Shown here piece after piece: positions 20,559 through 30,635 of a DNA stretch of 64,000 bases. The stretch lies in the NCBI GenBank assembly GCA_963701175.1, contig OY969573.1:385232-449231 (forward strand), given 5' to 3'. A program made the position numbers and the translations under genes. The notes under the pieces are model-generated. The model did not search any database and was not told where the DNA came from. It saw only the letters and a program-made list of their open reading frames with translations. The DNA is from an uncultured Solirubrobacteraceae bacterium. GTDB taxonomy: Bacteria > Actinomycetota > Thermoleophilia > Solirubrobacterales > Solirubrobacteraceae. How positions within the stretch are numbered: the stretch's first letter is position 1; the number at the start of each line of letters is the position of its first letter.

Positions 20559-21933
20559 GCGCGACGACGGGCTGCCGGCCCGCATCCTCGAGCTGGGCGA
20601 GGAGCTGCGCCGCGAAGGCGTCGCGATCGGCACCTCCGAGATCCTCGACGCCTTCGATGTGCTGCGGGAGGTCAGCTGGACCTCCAAAGACGACTTCCGC
20701 GAGGCGCTGGCGGCGACGCTGGCCAAGAGCCAGGAGGACCGTCGCATCTTCGAGCTCGTGTTCGACCGCTTCTTCTTCCGCCAGGTCGAGGTGGCGGCGC
20801 AGCGGGAGGGCGTCAGCGAGGACGAGTACGTAGCGCTGGACGAGCTCTCAGAGGACGAGCTCGAGGCGCTGCGGGCGCAGATCGCGGCCGCCCTGCGCGA
20901 CGGCTCGGAGGGCGCGATGCGCGACCTCGCGCGGCTCGCGATCGCGGCGCTGGCTCGCCGCCAGGAGGGCTCGGGGGTGATCGGCGTCGACGTCCAGCGG
21001 ATCCGCCGTGCCCTGGGCCTGCGGGCCGAGCCCCAGCCGGACCTGCCGGAGGGAGACCCGCGCCGTGAGGGCCTGCCGAGGGAGTCGTTGCGGCGCTTCG
21101 AGGCGCTGCTGCGCCGCGAGCTCGAACGCTCCCAGATCGAACGCACCGGCAACCTGCCCCCGTCGCGTCCCCTGGGCGAGCTCGACCGGGCGCTGCCGTC
21201 GGGCCCGCTGGCTGACCTCGCCGCCGTGCACCGGGTCGTCGCCCAGCTGCGCCGGAGGCTGGCGACGCAGGGACTCCAGGCGCGGGGACACCGCCGCCAC
21301 GCCCACGTCGACGTGCGACGGACGATGAGGGCCTCGCTGCAGACCGGCGGGGTCCCGGTGGAGCTGAAGTTCCGCCCCCGACGCCCGCGGCGGCCGGAGA
21401 TCTACGTGCTGTGCGACGTCTCCACCAGCGTCACCTCGGCGTCGGTGTTCTTCCTGTCGGTGCTGCACGCGCTGCACGACACGTTCCGCAAGATGCGCTC
21501 GTTCGTGTTCATCGAGCGGATCTCGGAGGTGACCGACATCTTCGAACACGAGCGCAACTTCAAAGCCGTCAGCGAACGGATCTCCAGCGACGCCGGCGTC
21601 GCCGACATCTCCGGCTATACCGACTACGGGCGGGTGTGGACGGAGTTCCTCGAGCAGGTCGAGGACGACCTCCACCCGCGGGCCACCGTGATCGTGCTCG
21701 GGGACGCCCGTACCAACGGCCGCGACCCCCGGGCCGAGATCTTCGCCCACATCGCGGCCCGCGCGGGCCGGACCTTCTGGCTGAATCCCGAGCCGCGGCT
21801 GTACTGGAACTACGGGGACTCGGTGATCTCCGCCTACGAGCAGTACTGCACCGCCTTCGAGTGCTGGACCACGGCCCAGCTCGAGGACTTCGTGCGCGCG
21901 CTGACGCGCCCGGTGGTGGCCGCCGGGCGATAG
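20548..21933 (+). CDS. VWA-domain CoxE-like protein
   Basis: DVRRTMRASL, VLCDVSTSV MIDAS, TDYG, VIVLGDARTN, WLNPEP; coupled to MoxR. Confidence 0.9.
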   Translation: MSPERDDGLPARILELGEELRREGVAIGTSEILDAFDVLREVSWTSKDDFREALAATLAKSQEDRRIFELVFDRFFFRQVEVAAQREGVSEDEYVALDELSEDELEALRAQIAAALRDGSEGAMRDLARLAIAALARRQEGSGVIGVDVQRIRRALGLRAEPQPDLPEGDPRREGLPRESLRRFEALLRRELERSQIERTGNLPPSRPLGELDRALPSGPLADLAAVHRVVAQLRRRLATQGLQARGHRRHAHVDVRRTMRASLQTGGVPVELKFRPRRPRRPEIYVLCDVSTSVTSASVFFLSVLHALHDTFRKMRSFVFIERISEVTDIFEHERNFKAVSERISSDAGVADISGYTDYGRVWTEFLEQVEDDLHPRATVIVLGDARTNGRDPRAEIFAHIAARAGRTFWLNPEPRLYWNYGDSVISAYEQYCTAFECWTTAQLEDFVRALTRPVVAAGR

Positions 21934-21954
21934 CATCGTCCGTCGGACACGAGA

Positions 21955-22056
21955 CACCAGGGGTGCTGGCGGGTAGGCCGGCTGAGATGGCGCACGGGAA
22001 GCTCTTCCACCGGCGCCGACCCTTCGAACCTGTGGGGTAATGCCCGCGAAGGGAGC
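21955..22056 (+). ncRNA. TPP riboswitch
   Basis: GGGGTGC...GCTGAGA...ACCCTTCGAACCTG..GGGTAATGCCCGCGAAGGGAG consensus, directly upstream of a ThiXYZ-type transporter; terminal GGGAG doubles as the SD for GTG 22060. Confidence 0.93.
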
Positions 22057-22059
22057 GAC

Positions 22060-22866
22060 GTGACAACCGCAACCAGATCTCGCCCCGGGGCTCCGCCGCC
22101 CGCCTCGCTGCCGGGCCCCGACCCGGGACGCCCTCGGGCGCTCGTGGTCGAGCGGCTCGAGCTCGCCTACAGCTCCGAGCGGGGCGCGCCGGTGAGGGCC
22201 CTCGACGGGGTCTCGCTGCGGGCCGATGCCGGAGAGCTGGTGGCGGTGGTGGGCCCGAGCGGGTGCGGCAAGACCACGCTGCTGGAGGTCGTGTGCGGAC
22301 TGCTGGAGCCCGACGGAGGTACCGTCAGCGGGCCCCCGGCGGTGCTGATGCCCCAGCGCGACCTGCTGCTGCCGTGGCTCGACGCGCTCGAGAACGCGGC
22401 CCTCAGCCTGCGGCTCGCGGGGCATCGGCGGGGTGTCGCGCTGGCGGGCGCGCGCGAGCTGTTCGGCGAGCTCGGCCTCGAGGGCTTCGAGCGGGCGCGA
22501 CCGGACGAGCTCTCCGGCGGGATGCGCCAGCGGGTCGCATTCGCGCGCACGCTGCTGTCGGGCAAGCAGCTGCTGTGCCTGGACGAGCCGTTCGGGGCGC
22601 TGGACGCGATCACCCGCAGCGAGATGCAGCAATGGCTGGCAGGGAGCCTCGAGCGGGAGCCGCGGACGGTGCTGCTCGTGACCCACGACGTCGAGGAGGC
22701 GATCGTGCTGTGCGACCGCGTGATCGTGCTCTCCCGCCGCCCGGGACGGGTGCTGGTCGAGCTCGATGTGCCACTCGAGCGCCCGCGACGGGCGGGCGAC
22801 CCCGAGGTCGCCGCGCTGCGGGCGCTGGCACTCGAACACCTCGCGGGGACCGGAGCGGGGGCGTGA
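22060..22866 (+). CDS. ABC transporter ATP-binding protein (ThiZ-like)
   Basis: GPSGCGKT, LSGGMRQR, CLDEPF, VTHD. Confidence 0.92.
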   Translation: MTTATRSRPGAPPPASLPGPDPGRPRALVVERLELAYSSERGAPVRALDGVSLRADAGELVAVVGPSGCGKTTLLEVVCGLLEPDGGTVSGPPAVLMPQRDLLLPWLDALENAALSLRLAGHRRGVALAGARELFGELGLEGFERARPDELSGGMRQRVAFARTLLSGKQLLCLDEPFGALDAITRSEMQQWLAGSLEREPRTVLLVTHDVEEAIVLCDRVIVLSRRPGRVLVELDVPLERPRRAGDPEVAALRALALEHLAGTGAGA

Positions 22867-23648
22867 GGCGGACGCTCCGCCGCATCGCCCCGGCGGCGCT
22901 GCTCGCGGTCGCCCTCCTGTGCCTGTGGGAGGCCTACTGCGACCTCGGCGGCGTGCAGTCCGCCGTGCTGCCGCCGCCCCACGCGATCGCCGGGGCGCTG
23001 TGGGACAACGCCGGGCTGCTGGCCCACAACTTCGCGGTCACCGCCGAGGAGGTCGTGTTGGGGCTGGCGCTGGCGCTGGCGGCGGGGCTGGCGATCGCGG
23101 TTGCGATCCACCTCTCGCCGCTGGTGCGGCGGGCCTTCTACCCGCTGGCGGTGGGATCCCAGGCCGTTCCGATCCCCGTGATCGGGGTGCTGCTCGTGTT
23201 CTGGTGGGGCTTCGGCATCTTCCCGAAGCTGGTGGTGATCGCGCTGATCTGCTTCTTCCCCGTGCTGGTGACGACGATCGACGGGCTCGCGTCGCTGGAC
23301 CCGGAGCGGGTCAAGCTGCTGCGCACGCTCGACGCCTCGCGCTGGCAGACGCTGCGCTTCGCCGAGCTCCCGGCGGCGCTGCCGGCCGCCCTCAGCGGAG
23401 CCAGGATCGCGCTGGCGGTGGGCGTGATCGGCGCCTTCATCGCCGAGACGAGCACCCCCACGACCGGCACCTACACGGGACTCGGCCGCGAGATCGTGCT
23501 CGACGCCGGGGGCTTCCAGACGGCCCGCGCGTACGCCGCTACGGCGGTGCTGTTCGCGTTCGCGATCGCCTGCTTCCACAGCCTCGCAATGGCCGAACGG
23601 CGGCTGGCACCGTGGCGGCGGGTCGCGACCTCGGGAGGTCTCCGGTGA
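22863..23648 (+). CDS. ABC transporter permease (ThiX-like)
   Basis: GTG overlapping the upstream TGA; SQAVPIPVIG, WWGFG..PK, LPAALP..LSGARIA. Confidence 0.9.
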   Translation: MRRTLRRIAPAALLAVALLCLWEAYCDLGGVQSAVLPPPHAIAGALWDNAGLLAHNFAVTAEEVVLGLALALAAGLAIAVAIHLSPLVRRAFYPLAVGSQAVPIPVIGVLLVFWWGFGIFPKLVVIALICFFPVLVTTIDGLASLDPERVKLLRTLDASRWQTLRFAELPAALPAALSGARIALAVGVIGAFIAETSTPTTGTYTGLGREIVLDAGGFQTARAYAATAVLFAFAIACFHSLAMAERRLAPWRRVATSGGLR

Positions 23649-24661
23649 GGCGGGCGCGAGCCGTTCTGGCCGCCTGCCTGGCCGGCGCCTGCCTGCTCGC
23701 GCTCGCCGCCTGCGGCGCCAAGCAGGACACCGTCAGCGCCCCGGGCACGAAGTCCTTCGACGTGATGCTCGACTGGTTCCCGAACGCCGACCACGCCCCC
23801 CTCTATGCCGCCCTCGCACACGGCGAGTTCCGCGCGGTGGGGCTCGACGTGCACCTGCTGGCGCCGTCCGAAACCGACGAACCGCTGAAGCTGCTCGCGG
23901 CCGGCAAGGTCGACATGGCGATCTCGTACGAGCCGGAGCTGATGCTGGCACGCGACCAGGGGCTGCGGCTGGTGTCGATCGGAGCGCTCGTGCAGCGACC
24001 CCTGACCTCGATCATCGCGCTGCCCGGCGCCCACGTGAGCAGCGTCTCCGACCTGCACGGCAAGACCGTGGGGACCGCCGGGATCCCCTACCAGGCGGCG
24101 ATGCTGAAGGCGGCCCTGCACTCAGCCCACCTGGGGGCCAACGCCGCCAAGGAAGTCAACGTCGGCTTCGACCTGGTGCCGGCGATGCTGTCGGGGAAGG
24201 TCGACGCCACGCTCGGCGGCTACTGGAACTACGAGGCCGTCCAGCTCGAGCTGGCCCACCGCTCGCCCACCGTGATCCCCGTCGACCAAGCGGGCGTGCC
24301 GACCTACGACGAGCTGATACTGGTGGTGCGCGAAGAAGAGGCCCACAGGCGCGGGCAGGACCTGCGGGCCTTCATGCAGGCGCTCAGCCGGGGCGAGCGC
24401 GAGGTGCGGGCCGACCCGGCCGAAGCCGCCGCGCTGGTGATCAAGGCCAACCCCTCGCTGCCGCACAAGCTGCAGCTCGAATCGATCCGGCGGACGCTGC
24501 CCGCGGCGCAGCCGCCGACGGGCGAGCCCTTCGGCTGGCAGGATCCGACGGCGTGGTCGCACTTCGCCGAATGGATGTACGCCGAGGACCTGATCCATCA
24601 CCCGCCGGGAGCCGAACTGCCGCCGTACACGAACGAGTACCTCCCCGGGCAGGGGATCTGA
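23645..24661 (+). CDS. NMT1/THI5-like substrate-binding lipoprotein (ThiY-like)
   Basis: lipobox LAAC; LDWFPNADH, ISYEPE, GGYWNYE, VPTYDEL; TPP-controlled. Confidence 0.9.
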   Translation: MRRARAVLAACLAGACLLALAACGAKQDTVSAPGTKSFDVMLDWFPNADHAPLYAALAHGEFRAVGLDVHLLAPSETDEPLKLLAAGKVDMAISYEPELMLARDQGLRLVSIGALVQRPLTSIIALPGAHVSSVSDLHGKTVGTAGIPYQAAMLKAALHSAHLGANAAKEVNVGFDLVPAMLSGKVDATLGGYWNYEAVQLELAHRSPTVIPVDQAGVPTYDELILVVREEEAHRRGQDLRAFMQALSRGEREVRADPAEAAALVIKANPSLPHKLQLESIRRTLPAAQPPTGEPFGWQDPTAWSHFAEWMYAEDLIHHPPGAELPPYTNEYLPGQGI

Positions 24662-24668
24662 CGGCGCC

Positions 24669-25706
24669 GTGACGCGCGTGGGGCTCCTCACCGGGGGCGG
24701 CGACTGTCCCGGCCTGAACGCCGTCATCCGGGCGGTGGTGCGGCGCGGGCTCGCCGGCGGCGGGCACACCTTCGTCGGCTTCCGCTACGGCTGGTCCGGA
24801 GTGCTCCGCGACGACGCCGTCGAGCTGGACATGCAGAGCACCGCCGGGATCCTGCCCCGCGGCGGGACCATCCTCGGCACCTCGCGCACCAATCCCTACG
24901 CCGACGGCGCCGACGGCACGGCCGCCGTCAAGCGCACGCTCGAGGCCCGCGAGGTCGACGTGCTGATCCCGATCGGCGGCGAGGACACGCTCGGCGTGGC
25001 TCTGCGACTGCACGACGACGGCGTCCCGATCGTGGGCGTGCCCAAGACGATCGACAACGACCTCGGCGGCACCGACGTGACCTTCGGCTTCCAGACGGCC
25101 GTGCAGATCGTCACCGACGCGATCGACCGCCTGCACACCACCGCCGAGTCCCACGACCGTGTGATGGTGGTGGAGGTGATGGGCAGGCACGCCGGCTGGA
25201 TCGCCACCCACGCCGGGATCGCGGGCGGCGCCGACGCGATCCTCGTGCCCGAGCGACCGTTCGACATCGACGACGTCGTCGCCCACCTGCGGGCCCGTCA
25301 CGCCCGCGGGCGGAGCTTCTCGATCGTGGTCGTGGCGGAGGGGGCCACGCCCCGCGAGGGCACCCTCGAGGTGCGCGAAGACGCGGCCACCGACGCCTTC
25401 GGCCACGCGCGCCTGGGGGGCATCGGCGTGGTCCTCGAGAAGGAGATCGAGGACCGGACCGGCTACGAAACGAGGGTCACGATCCTCGGTCACGTCCAGC
25501 GGGGCGGCACGCCGGTGGCCTTCGACCGCGTCCTCGCCACCCGCTTCGGCGTGGCCGCCTTCGAGGCCGCGGCAGCCGGTCACTCCGGGCAGATGGTGGC
25601 GCTGGCCGGCACCCAGATCGTCGAGGTGCCGCTCCGGGACGCGCTGCGCGAGCCGAAGCTGCTCGACCCCGCCCTGTACGAGACGGCCGAGCTGTTCTTC
25701 GGCTGA
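24669..25706 (+). CDS. pfkA: 6-phosphofructokinase
   Basis: GGDCPGLNAVIR, GGTILGTSR, PKTIDND, EVMGRHAGW, GHVQRGG. Confidence 0.95.
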   Translation: MTRVGLLTGGGDCPGLNAVIRAVVRRGLAGGGHTFVGFRYGWSGVLRDDAVELDMQSTAGILPRGGTILGTSRTNPYADGADGTAAVKRTLEAREVDVLIPIGGEDTLGVALRLHDDGVPIVGVPKTIDNDLGGTDVTFGFQTAVQIVTDAIDRLHTTAESHDRVMVVEVMGRHAGWIATHAGIAGGADAILVPERPFDIDDVVAHLRARHARGRSFSIVVVAEGATPREGTLEVREDAATDAFGHARLGGIGVVLEKEIEDRTGYETRVTILGHVQRGGTPVAFDRVLATRFGVAAFEAAAAGHSGQMVALAGTQIVEVPLRDALREPKLLDPALYETAELFFG

Positions 25707-25716
25707 CCGCCGGGCG

Positions 25717-26754
25717 CTACACCGGCCAGCGCCGCCGCACCTCGGTGAGGGCGGCGCCGAGCAGCTCCTCCTCGGCCTGCGCCGGCGCAGGGGCCGCGCC
25801 GCGCGCGGGCTGCTCGTCTCCCACCAGCGCCGGAAGCGTGGCCAGCACGCACTCGGCCAGCACGGGGACGTTGTAGCCCCCCTCTAGCACCATCCCGACG
25901 CCGATGCCGCGCTCGCGCGCGAAGGCCCCCACCCGCAGGGCGATCTCGACGAACGATCGTGTCGTCAGGCGACAGTTGGCCAGCGGGTCGAGCTCGTGGG
26001 CGTCGAAGCCCGCCGAGACCAGGATCAGCTGGGGCTCGTAGGCGGCGGCGACCGGGAGCACGACCCGCTCCAGCAGGCCGAGCCACAGCGCCTCCCCCGA
26101 TCCGGGCGGGACCGGGAGGTTGACGGTGAAGCCCTCCCCCTCGCCGCGACCGCGGTCCTGGAGACGCCCGCTGCCCGGGTACAGCGGCCACTGGTGGATG
26201 CTCGCGAACAGCACGTCGCTGCGGTCCTCGAAGATGTCCGCGGTGCCGTTGCCGTGGTGGACGTCCCAGTCGAGCACGAACACCCGCTCGAGTCCCAGCT
26301 CGGCCACCGCGTGGGCGGCGGCGACGGCGACGTTGTTGAACAGGCAGAAGCCCATCGCACGGGCCCGCTCGGCGTGGTGGCCGGCGGGCCTGATCGCAGC
26401 CAGGCCGGCCGGCGACTCGCCCGCGACCAGCGCACCGGCCAGCTCGCAGGCCGCGCCGGCGGCGTGGGTGGCGGCCCGGAAGGACGCCTCGACGGCAAAG
26501 GTGTCGGGGTCGATCGCCCCTCCGCCCCGCGCACACAGCTCACGGATTGCGCGGACGTGCTCGGGAGTGTGGACGAGCGCGAGCTGCTCCTCGCTCGCAG
26601 CCGCCGCCGTGCGACGCTCCCAGCCGAGCCAGCCGTGCTCGGCGAGCGCGCCTTCGAGCGTCGCCAGCCGTTGCGGGGTGTCCGGATGGCCCGGGGAGAC
26701 GTCGCCGGGGTCGTGTTCCAGGCAGGCGGGGTGGGTGTAGAGCAGCCCGCTCAT
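25717..26754 (-). CDS. histone deacetylase family protein
   Basis: RPAGHHA, GFCLFNN, DWDVHHGNGT, SAGFDAH, LEGGY. Confidence 0.93.
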   Translation of the reverse strand: MSGLLYTHPACLEHDPGDVSPGHPDTPQRLATLEGALAEHGWLGWERRTAAAASEEQLALVHTPEHVRAIRELCARGGGAIDPDTFAVEASFRAATHAAGAACELAGALVAGESPAGLAAIRPAGHHAERARAMGFCLFNNVAVAAAHAVAELGLERVFVLDWDVHHGNGTADIFEDRSDVLFASIHQWPLYPGSGRLQDRGRGEGEGFTVNLPVPPGSGEALWLGLLERVVLPVAAAYEPQLILVSAGFDAHELDPLANCRLTTRSFVEIALRVGAFARERGIGVGMVLEGGYNVPVLAECVLATLPALVGDEQPARGAAPAPAQAEEELLGAALTEVRRRWPV

Positions 26755-26848
26755 CGGGGGCCCGCGCCGGGAGCGGTGCAGTCGCCGGCGCCACCACCGG
26801 CACCGCAGCCGTCACCGCGTGGGAGATCGTGATTCACTGGCGCAGGAT

Positions 26849-27862
26849 ATGGCCCAGGCGCAGAGCACGGGCACGATGCGCGCGATGGTCTTCGAGGAGC
26901 TCGGCCAGCCCCTGCGGGCGCGGGAGCTGCCGGTCCCCGAGCCGGCTCCCGACCAGCTGCTGTTGAAGGTGAGGGCCTGCGGTGTCTGCCGCACCGACCT
27001 CCACCTGCTCGACGGCGAGGTCGACATCCCCCACCCGCCACGGGTGCTCGGCCACCAGATCGTCGCCGACGTGGTGGCCGCCGGCAAGGACGTCGTCACG
27101 CCGGGAGACGCAGGGCGACGAGTGGGGGTCCCGTGGCTGGGCTGGACCGACGGGACCTGCGAGTTCTGCACCAGCGGCCGTGAGAACCTCTGCCTGAGGG
27201 CGCTGTTCACCGGCCGCGACATCGACGGCGGCTACGCCGAGTACGCGGTCGCCGACGCCCGCTATTGCTTCGAGCTGCCCGTCGATCACCACGACGAGCA
27301 GCTCGCCCCGCTGCTGTGTGCCGGGCTGATCGGCTACCGCGCGCTGAGGATGTGCGGAGACGCCCACCGCCTCGGCCTGTACGGGTTCGGCTCCTCCGCC
27401 CACATCATCGCCCAGGTCGCCCGCTGGCAGGGCCGCGAGGTGTACGCCTTCACGCGCGGAGGCGACACGGCCACGCAGACGTTCGCCCGCGAGCTGGGGG
27501 CCGTGTGGGCGGGCGCGTCGGAGGACACCCCACCCCGGCCGCTGGACGCGGCGATCATCTTCGCCCCCGTCGGCGGGCTCGTCCCGCTCGCGCTCAAAGC
27601 CCTCGACCGCGGCGGGAGCGTGGTCTGCGCCGGGATCCACATGAGCGACATCCCCTCGTTCCCCTACGAGCTGCTGTGGGAGGAGCGTGCGCTGCGCTCG
27701 GTCGCCAACCTCACCCGCCGAGACGGCCAGGAGATGCTCGCGCTCGCACCCGAAGCCGACATCCACACGCACGTGACCACCTACCCCCTCGAGCGAGCGA
27801 ACGACGCCCTCGAGGACCTCCGCCACGGGGCCTTCACCGGGGCGGCGGTGATCCTGCCGTAG
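26849..27862 (+). CDS. zinc-dependent alcohol dehydrogenase
   Basis: CGVCRTD, LGHQ, CxxC...E.LC, APLLCAG, GFGSS. Confidence 0.92.
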   Translation: MAQAQSTGTMRAMVFEELGQPLRARELPVPEPAPDQLLLKVRACGVCRTDLHLLDGEVDIPHPPRVLGHQIVADVVAAGKDVVTPGDAGRRVGVPWLGWTDGTCEFCTSGRENLCLRALFTGRDIDGGYAEYAVADARYCFELPVDHHDEQLAPLLCAGLIGYRALRMCGDAHRLGLYGFGSSAHIIAQVARWQGREVYAFTRGGDTATQTFARELGAVWAGASEDTPPRPLDAAIIFAPVGGLVPLALKALDRGGSVVCAGIHMSDIPSFPYELLWEERALRSVANLTRRDGQEMLALAPEADIHTHVTTYPLERANDALEDLRHGAFTGAAVILP

Positions 27863-29378
27863 TCAGGCCTGCGGCCGTCGCCCCGCCCCGGCCGCGGGCC
27901 TGCTCCGGCGCGAGCCGGAAGCCCGGTAGCAGCAGCTCCAGACGGGCCCCGCCCTGCGGCGAGGAGCCCGCCCACACGGCACCCCCGTGGGCCTCGGCGA
28001 TTGCGCGCACGATCGCGAGCCCGAGGCCCGTGCCCCCGGAGGCGCGGTCACGGGCGGCATCGATGCGATGGAAGCGCTCGAAGATCCGGTCCCGCTCGGC
28101 CGGTGGGATCCCGGGTCCGTCGTCGTCGACCACGAAGCGGATCCTCCCGTCCGCCTCGGGGCCCACGGCCAGTTTCACCACCCCGTCCTTCGGCGCGGTG
28201 TGGTTGATCGCGTTGGAGATCAGGTTGCGCAGCGCCTGGGCCAGGCGGTCGCGGTCCGCTGTCAGCCTCCCGTCCGGGAGCGGGCCGAGTTGGAAGCGCC
28301 GGTCGGCGAGCAGCGTCATCCCGTCCCACAGCTCCTCCAGAAATCCCGCAAGCTCGATCGGCTCCGGGCGCAGGAACTGCTCGGAGTGGTCGCTTCGGGC
28401 CAGCAGCAGCAGGTCGTCCACGAGCCGGCTCACGCGCGCCACCTCGGCCCGCACGAGCGTCTCGACGCGGCGCACCTCCTGCGCCGAGGGGTGCTCCTGG
28501 GCCGCCAGCACCTCGAGCTGGCCGCTGATCACGGTCAGCGGCGTGCGCAGCTCGTGGGACGCGTCGGCGATGAACTCGCGCTGCCCGGCGAAGGCCTCGG
28601 CGAGGCGGTCGAGCATGTGGTTGAAGGCGTCGGTGAGCACCCTGATCTCGCCGGCCTCACCGTCGCGGTGCTCGATCCGAGGGTGCAGATCGCCACCATC
28701 CACCCGGCCGGCCACGCTCGCCATCCGGCGCAGCGGGGCCGACACGTGGGCGCCGACGAAGTAGGACGCGATCAGCACCGCCGCCAGCGCCAGCAGGCCG
28801 GCGAGCACGAACGCCCGCGCGACGCCGTCCTGAGCGCGCGAGACGTTCCCCAACGCCTCCCCGGCACCGATCGTCACGGCGAGCCCGTTCTGCAGGCGCA
28901 GCGGGACCTTCAGCAGACGCAAGTCGTCCACGTCGGGGGCGGGGACGGTCGTGTAGCCCTTCGGTGCCTGCACCAGTTTCAGCGCGAGCCGGTTCTCGTA
29001 GCGCTGGTCGGCGGCCGACTCGCCGTCGTCCGGCCCCTGGGCCGTAACCAGCTCCGGGCTGTTGGAGACGGTCTGCTGGCCCGGGATCGTTACGAACAGC
29101 AGCCGCGAGGTGGCGCTGAACGGCTGGGTCCGCACGTACGCCCTCGCGGCCGCGGCCAGGCCGGCGTAGGAGCCCGGTTGCGCCGCCCGCAGATTGTGGG
29201 CGAGGTCGCTCGCGTCGCCCGACAGCTCGCCGTCGATCTGGTCGCGGACCTGGGTCGCCGTGCCCCGGTACACGGCCACGAAGACGATCCCCGTGCACAG
29301 CATCATCACCAACGTGAACCACGCCGCCAGCCGCCAGCGCAGTCCGCGCGGCGCCAGCCGTCGAGCGATTGATCGCAC
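27834..29378 (-). CDS. sensor histidine kinase (HAMP-HisKA-HATPase)
   Basis: ASHELRTPL H-box, NLISNA, DDGPG, GTGLGL; two TM segments. Confidence 0.93.
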   Translation of the reverse strand: MRSIARRLAPRGLRWRLAAWFTLVMMLCTGIVFVAVYRGTATQVRDQIDGELSGDASDLAHNLRAAQPGSYAGLAAAARAYVRTQPFSATSRLLFVTIPGQQTVSNSPELVTAQGPDDGESAADQRYENRLALKLVQAPKGYTTVPAPDVDDLRLLKVPLRLQNGLAVTIGAGEALGNVSRAQDGVARAFVLAGLLALAAVLIASYFVGAHVSAPLRRMASVAGRVDGGDLHPRIEHRDGEAGEIRVLTDAFNHMLDRLAEAFAGQREFIADASHELRTPLTVISGQLEVLAAQEHPSAQEVRRVETLVRAEVARVSRLVDDLLLLARSDHSEQFLRPEPIELAGFLEELWDGMTLLADRRFQLGPLPDGRLTADRDRLAQALRNLISNAINHTAPKDGVVKLAVGPEADGRIRFVVDDDGPGIPPAERDRIFERFHRIDAARDRASGGTGLGLAIVRAIAEAHGGAVWAGSSPQGGARLELLLPGFRLAPEQARGRGGATAAGLTTAGSPPPR

Positions 29379-29389
29379 CGGCGGGTGCC

Positions 29390-30139
29390 TCAGGCGGCGC
29401 TGCCGAGGCGGTAGCCCACAGAGCGGATGGTCGTGATCGGCACAGGGGCCTCCGGACGGCCGAGCTTGCGGCGCAGGTAACCGACATACACGTCAACCAC
29501 GTTCGTCCCCGGATCGTGCTGGTAGCCCCACACGCTGGCGAGCACCTGCTCGCGGGTGACGATCCGGCCCTGGTTGCGGCAGAGATACACGAGCAGTTCG
29601 AACTCGGTCGTCGAAAGCGGCACCTCGACCCCGGCTCGCCTGACCCTCCGCGTCAGCAGGTCGACCTCGATGTCCCCGACCTCGAGCGCGCTCGCGGAGG
29701 TGTGCGCGACCGCCCGCAGCTGGGCCCGAAGCCGCGCGACGAGCTCGGCCATCGAGAACGGCTTGGCCAGGTAGTCGACCGCCCCGGCTTCCAGCCCCTG
29801 CACCCGGTCGTCGATCTCTCCCAGCGCCGTCAGCACGATCACCGGCATCGCCGGCAAACCCCGTTGGAGCACCTCGAGCACCTCGAGCCCACCCTTGCCG
29901 GGGAGCATCAGGTCGAGCACCACCGCGTCGAAGCGCCCCGTCAGCGCGAGCCGCTCGCCCTCGACGCCGTCGAGTGCGGCCTCGACGCGGAATCCCGCCG
30001 CCGCCAACCCGCGGCGCAGGAAGTCCACGATCCCCGGCTCATCCTCGATCAGCAGGACGCTCGCCGAGTCGGCTCCGTCGCCGCCGTGGTTGCGCGACCC
30101 TGCCCCCGCGTCCGCGCGGGGCTTCGCGGTTGCTCCCAT
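29390..30139 (-). CDS. OmpR-family response regulator
   Basis: LLIEDE, VLDLMLPG, AKPF, YLRRKL, TIRSVGY; ATG at 30139 preferred. Confidence 0.93.
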   Translation of the reverse strand: MGATAKPRADAGAGSRNHGGDGADSASVLLIEDEPGIVDFLRRGLAAAGFRVEAALDGVEGERLALTGRFDAVVLDLMLPGKGGLEVLEVLQRGLPAMPVIVLTALGEIDDRVQGLEAGAVDYLAKPFSMAELVARLRAQLRAVAHTSASALEVGDIEVDLLTRRVRRAGVEVPLSTTEFELLVYLCRNQGRIVTREQVLASVWGYQHDPGTNVVDVYVGYLRRKLGRPEAPVPITTIRSVGYRLGSAA

Positions 30140-30242
30140 GCTCTCAGCCAAGGATAGGCCCCCGTGAGGGTCACAGCACATTCGATGAGACTTCTCACGT
30201 TGCGGTTAACGTCCGCTTAGGGGCCCTTCGCACACTCGCCCC

Positions 30243-30623
30243 ATGGCGCAGACGCACGCTCCGAGCGTCCCAGGTCGTCCCGGCACCGCCCCCCGCGTCC
30301 GCGCACGGCTCTGGTTGGGCAGCGGAACCGACGGCAACGAGCGCCTGACGACCGCCACCGGCGCGCTGCTGGTGGTGCACAAGATCAGCTTCATCGTCTG
30401 GGCCACCGTCACCGGCGTGCACCTGCTCGCCCACCTGCCCTCGATACGGGCCGCCCTGCGTGGCGACTTCTCCGCCCGCGATCCCCTCGGCCCCGTCCTG
30501 CCGGGGCGCTCGGGGCGACACCTCGCGCCGGCGGGGTCGCTCGTCCTCGGCGTCGTCCTGGCGCTTTTGACGATCCCCGAGTTCGGTTCCTGGACGCAGG
30601 CCCACTTCGGCCATCACCACTAG
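30243..30623 (+). CDS. membrane protein, possibly internally deleted
   Basis: GNERLT motif is followed almost immediately by HKISFIVW; first gene of the apbE operon. Confidence 0.6.
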   Translation: MAQTHAPSVPGRPGTAPRVRARLWLGSGTDGNERLTTATGALLVVHKISFIVWATVTGVHLLAHLPSIRAALRGDFSARDPLGPVLPGRSGRHLAPAGSLVLGVVLALLTIPEFGSWTQAHFGHHH

Positions 30624-30635
30624 GAGGCCACCGAC

